Below, piece after piece: positions 62,530 through 64,000 of a stretch of DNA of 64,000 nucleotides. Within the stretch, counting starts at the first letter, position 1. Every line of letters starts with the position of its first letter. The DNA is taken from NCBI GenBank assembly GCA_042088625.1, contig JBELLK010000007.1, positions 945-64,944 of the forward strand. Reading direction: 5' to 3'. This DNA comes from Flavobacteriales bacterium. GTDB lineage: Bacteria; Bacteroidota; Bacteroidia; Flavobacteriales_D; Sanyastnellaceae. The notes under the pieces are model-generated. The model was not told the DNA's origin. It was given only the letters and a program-made list of their open reading frames with translations, and searched no databases. The position numbers and the translations under genes are program-made.

Positions 62530-64000
62530 ATGGAAACGAGCCATCACGAAGGCGAGGCAGCGACCGGCCAAGGGCAGGCGCTTCCCGAGGGTTGGTGGGG
62601 GGCTGACGTGTTTTGGCAGCTCTCGCACGAGACAGGGATGATCCGGACCTTGTCGGCTGAAGCCGTTGCCCGAATTGAGCGGTGCCACGCTTACTTGCAG
62701 GGCCGCGCCTCAGGGGGGGGCACCCTGTATGGCATCAACACAGGCTTTGGTGACCTTGCGACGACCCGAGTGGACGACCTTGTGGGGTTGCAGCGGAACT
62801 TGTTGATTTCGCACGCGTGTGGGGTCGGGGAGCCGTTGCCGGCCGAGGTGGTTCGCGCCATGCTGTTGTTGAAGGTCAAGGCGTTGAGCCAGGGCCATTC
62901 AGGAGTGGCGGTGACGACGGTGCAGCGCCTGCTCGACCATTGGAATGCCGGCGTGTTGCCTGTCGTTCCAAGCCAGGGATCGTTGGGGGCGTCCGGGGAT
63001 TTGGCCCCGCTCGCGCACCTCGTGTTGCCGCTCATTGGAGAGGGGGAGGTGGTCATGCCGGACGGACGGCAAATGGCTTCATCGGACGCCTTGCGCGAGC
63101 TGGGATGGCCGGCCCTCGAGCTCGGTCCCAAAGAAGGACTGGCGCTGATCAACGGGACGCAAATGATGCTCGGCACTGGAATGGTGGCACTCGAACGCGT
63201 GACGCGCCTGGCCGACTGGGCCGACGCCCTCGGAGCGTGGTCCCTCGAAGCCTGGAACGGACTGAAGGCCGCGATGCACCCGTCGATCCATCGCATCCGA
63301 AATCAGGCCGGTGCCATGATTGCGGCCCACAACGTCGCGTCGTGGCTCGAGGGAAGCGAACGCGCGGCTCAGCCCCGTACCTACGTTCAAGATCCGTACT
63401 CGTTCCGGTGCATGCCTCAAGTGCACGGCGCCTCGCGGGACGTCGTGGAAGGCGTCCGTGCCGTGTTCGAAGCAGAGATGAATGCCGTGACCGACAACCC
63501 GCTCGTCTTCCCGGACGAAGATTTGATTGTCAGCGGCGGCAATTTTCACGGCCAGCCACTGGCCTTGGCCATGGACCGCCTGGCCTTGGCCATTCACGAA
63601 TGGGCCAGCATCTCGGAGCGTCGCGTCTTCAAGATGCTCAGTGGCCAGCGGGGATTGCCTGCATTTTTGGCCTCGAACCCTGGCCTCAACTCCGGATACA
63701 TGATCCCGCAATACACGGCCGCGAGCCTCGTTTCGTACAGCAAACAGCTGTGTACGCCAGCCAGCGCCGACAACGCCGACAGCAGCAACGGCCAGGAGGA
63801 CCATGTCAGCATGGGTGCAAATGGAGCCTTGCAGATGTGGCGAGTCCTGGATCACACTGAACAGGTGCTCGGCATCGAAGCGATGTGTGCGGCTCAGGCG
63901 TCAGATTTGCGTGAACAAAGCCCGCCGATGGCTCCGGCGTTGCGACAGTTGCAAGACGCGTTCCGAAAGCACGTGCCCTTCCTGGAGCGTGACGCTGTGA
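62530..64000 (+). CDS. hutH: Histidine ammonia-lyase, 3'-truncated by the window edge
   Basis: Not in the ORF track (no stop in the window). My frame-1 translation from ATG 62530 gives ...TLYGINTGFGDLA...VPSQGSLGASGDLAPLAHL (MIO-forming Ala-Ser-Gly)...NGTQMM...QDPYSFRCMPQVHGA...NPLVF...GGNFHGQP...SSNGQEDHVSMG. Confidence 0.9.
   Translation, partial: METSHHEGEAATGQGQALPEGWWGADVFWQLSHETGMIRTLSAEAVARIERCHAYLQGRASGGGTLYGINTGFGDLATTRVDDLVGLQRNLLISHACGVGEPLPAEVVRAMLLLKVKALSQGHSGVAVTTVQRLLDHWNAGVLPVVPSQGSLGASGDLAPLAHLVLPLIGEGEVVMPDGRQMASSDALRELGWPALELGPKEGLALINGTQMMLGTGMVALERVTRLADWADALGAWSLEAWNGLKAAMHPSIHRIRNQAGAMIAAHNVASWLEGSERAAQPRTYVQDPYSFRCMPQVHGASRDVVEGVRAVFEAEMNAVTDNPLVFPDEDLIVSGGNFHGQPLALAMDRLALAIHEWASISERRVFKMLSGQRGLPAFLASNPGLNSGYMIPQYTAASLVSYSKQLCTPASADNADSSNGQEDHVSMGANGALQMWRVLDHTEQVLGIEAMCAAQASDLREQSPPMAPALRQLQDAFRKHVPFLERDAV

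Noticed and set aside
62817-63860. 347-aa plus-strand ORF and 258-aa minus-strand ORF (63079..63855) listed in the track at the right end.
   Set aside because: Both are out of frame or antisense relative to hutH. The hutH frame (frame 1 from 62530) contains the ASG MIO motif and all conserved blocks, but is missing from the track only because it has no stop inside the window.
1-64000. Looked for mobile elements, prophage remnants, toxin-antitoxin pairs and known defence systems (RM, CBASS, retrons, Abi, CRISPR-Cas).
   Set aside because: I recognised no integrase, transposase, reverse transcriptase, nuclease-ATPase pair, flanking direct repeat or tRNA target. Composition looks uniform apart from the OMP gene and one short AT-rich patch.

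Overview
Gene-dense chromosomal segment (about 55 CDS, very little non-coding DNA) from a moderately GC-rich Bacteroidota genome, probably Flavobacteriia-like. The phylum call rests on a T9SS C-terminal sorting domain, TAnnTTTG-type promoter boxes, no Shine-Dalgarno sequences, and the typical gene string bamD-rpoZ-coaBC-DUF4835-recN. Content is overwhelmingly housekeeping: dnaK, recN, recR, truA, pyrG, aroA, ubiE/menG, trkH, mpl, ftsE, coaBC, partial hutH, an E2 acyltransferase, an aspartate aminotransferase, two M16 peptidases and several glycosyltransferases. Transporters include MMPL, an ABC exporter, ABC-F, AI-2E, ZIP, SSS and a TonB-dependent receptor. There is also a phenylacetyl-CoA epoxidase cluster (paaABCD-paaI with divergent paaE). 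I saw no rRNA, tRNA, CRISPR array, transposase/integrase or recognisable defence system, so I cannot point to a clear novel multi-gene system. The least ordinary object is a 1135-aa T9SS cargo protein (27466..30873) built from nested repeats, with three Kazal-like domains, eight copies of a 21-aa Cys-bracketed linker and module types I cannot name. Other second-look items are a recurrent TACCTTTG-N4-ATG arrangement implying leaderless transcripts, a perfect 10-6-10 palindrome in front of a DtxR-family regulator/ZIP transporter operon, a structured inverted repeat upstream of dnaK, an orphan ligase-associated-type Lhr helicase, an odd GT2 fusion protein, and extreme gene packing. Almost every real gene is shadowed by a long antisense ORF (up to 872 aa); I rejected these as codon-bias artefacts. 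All calls come from reading the translations and hand-counting coordinates; no homology search or statistics could be run.
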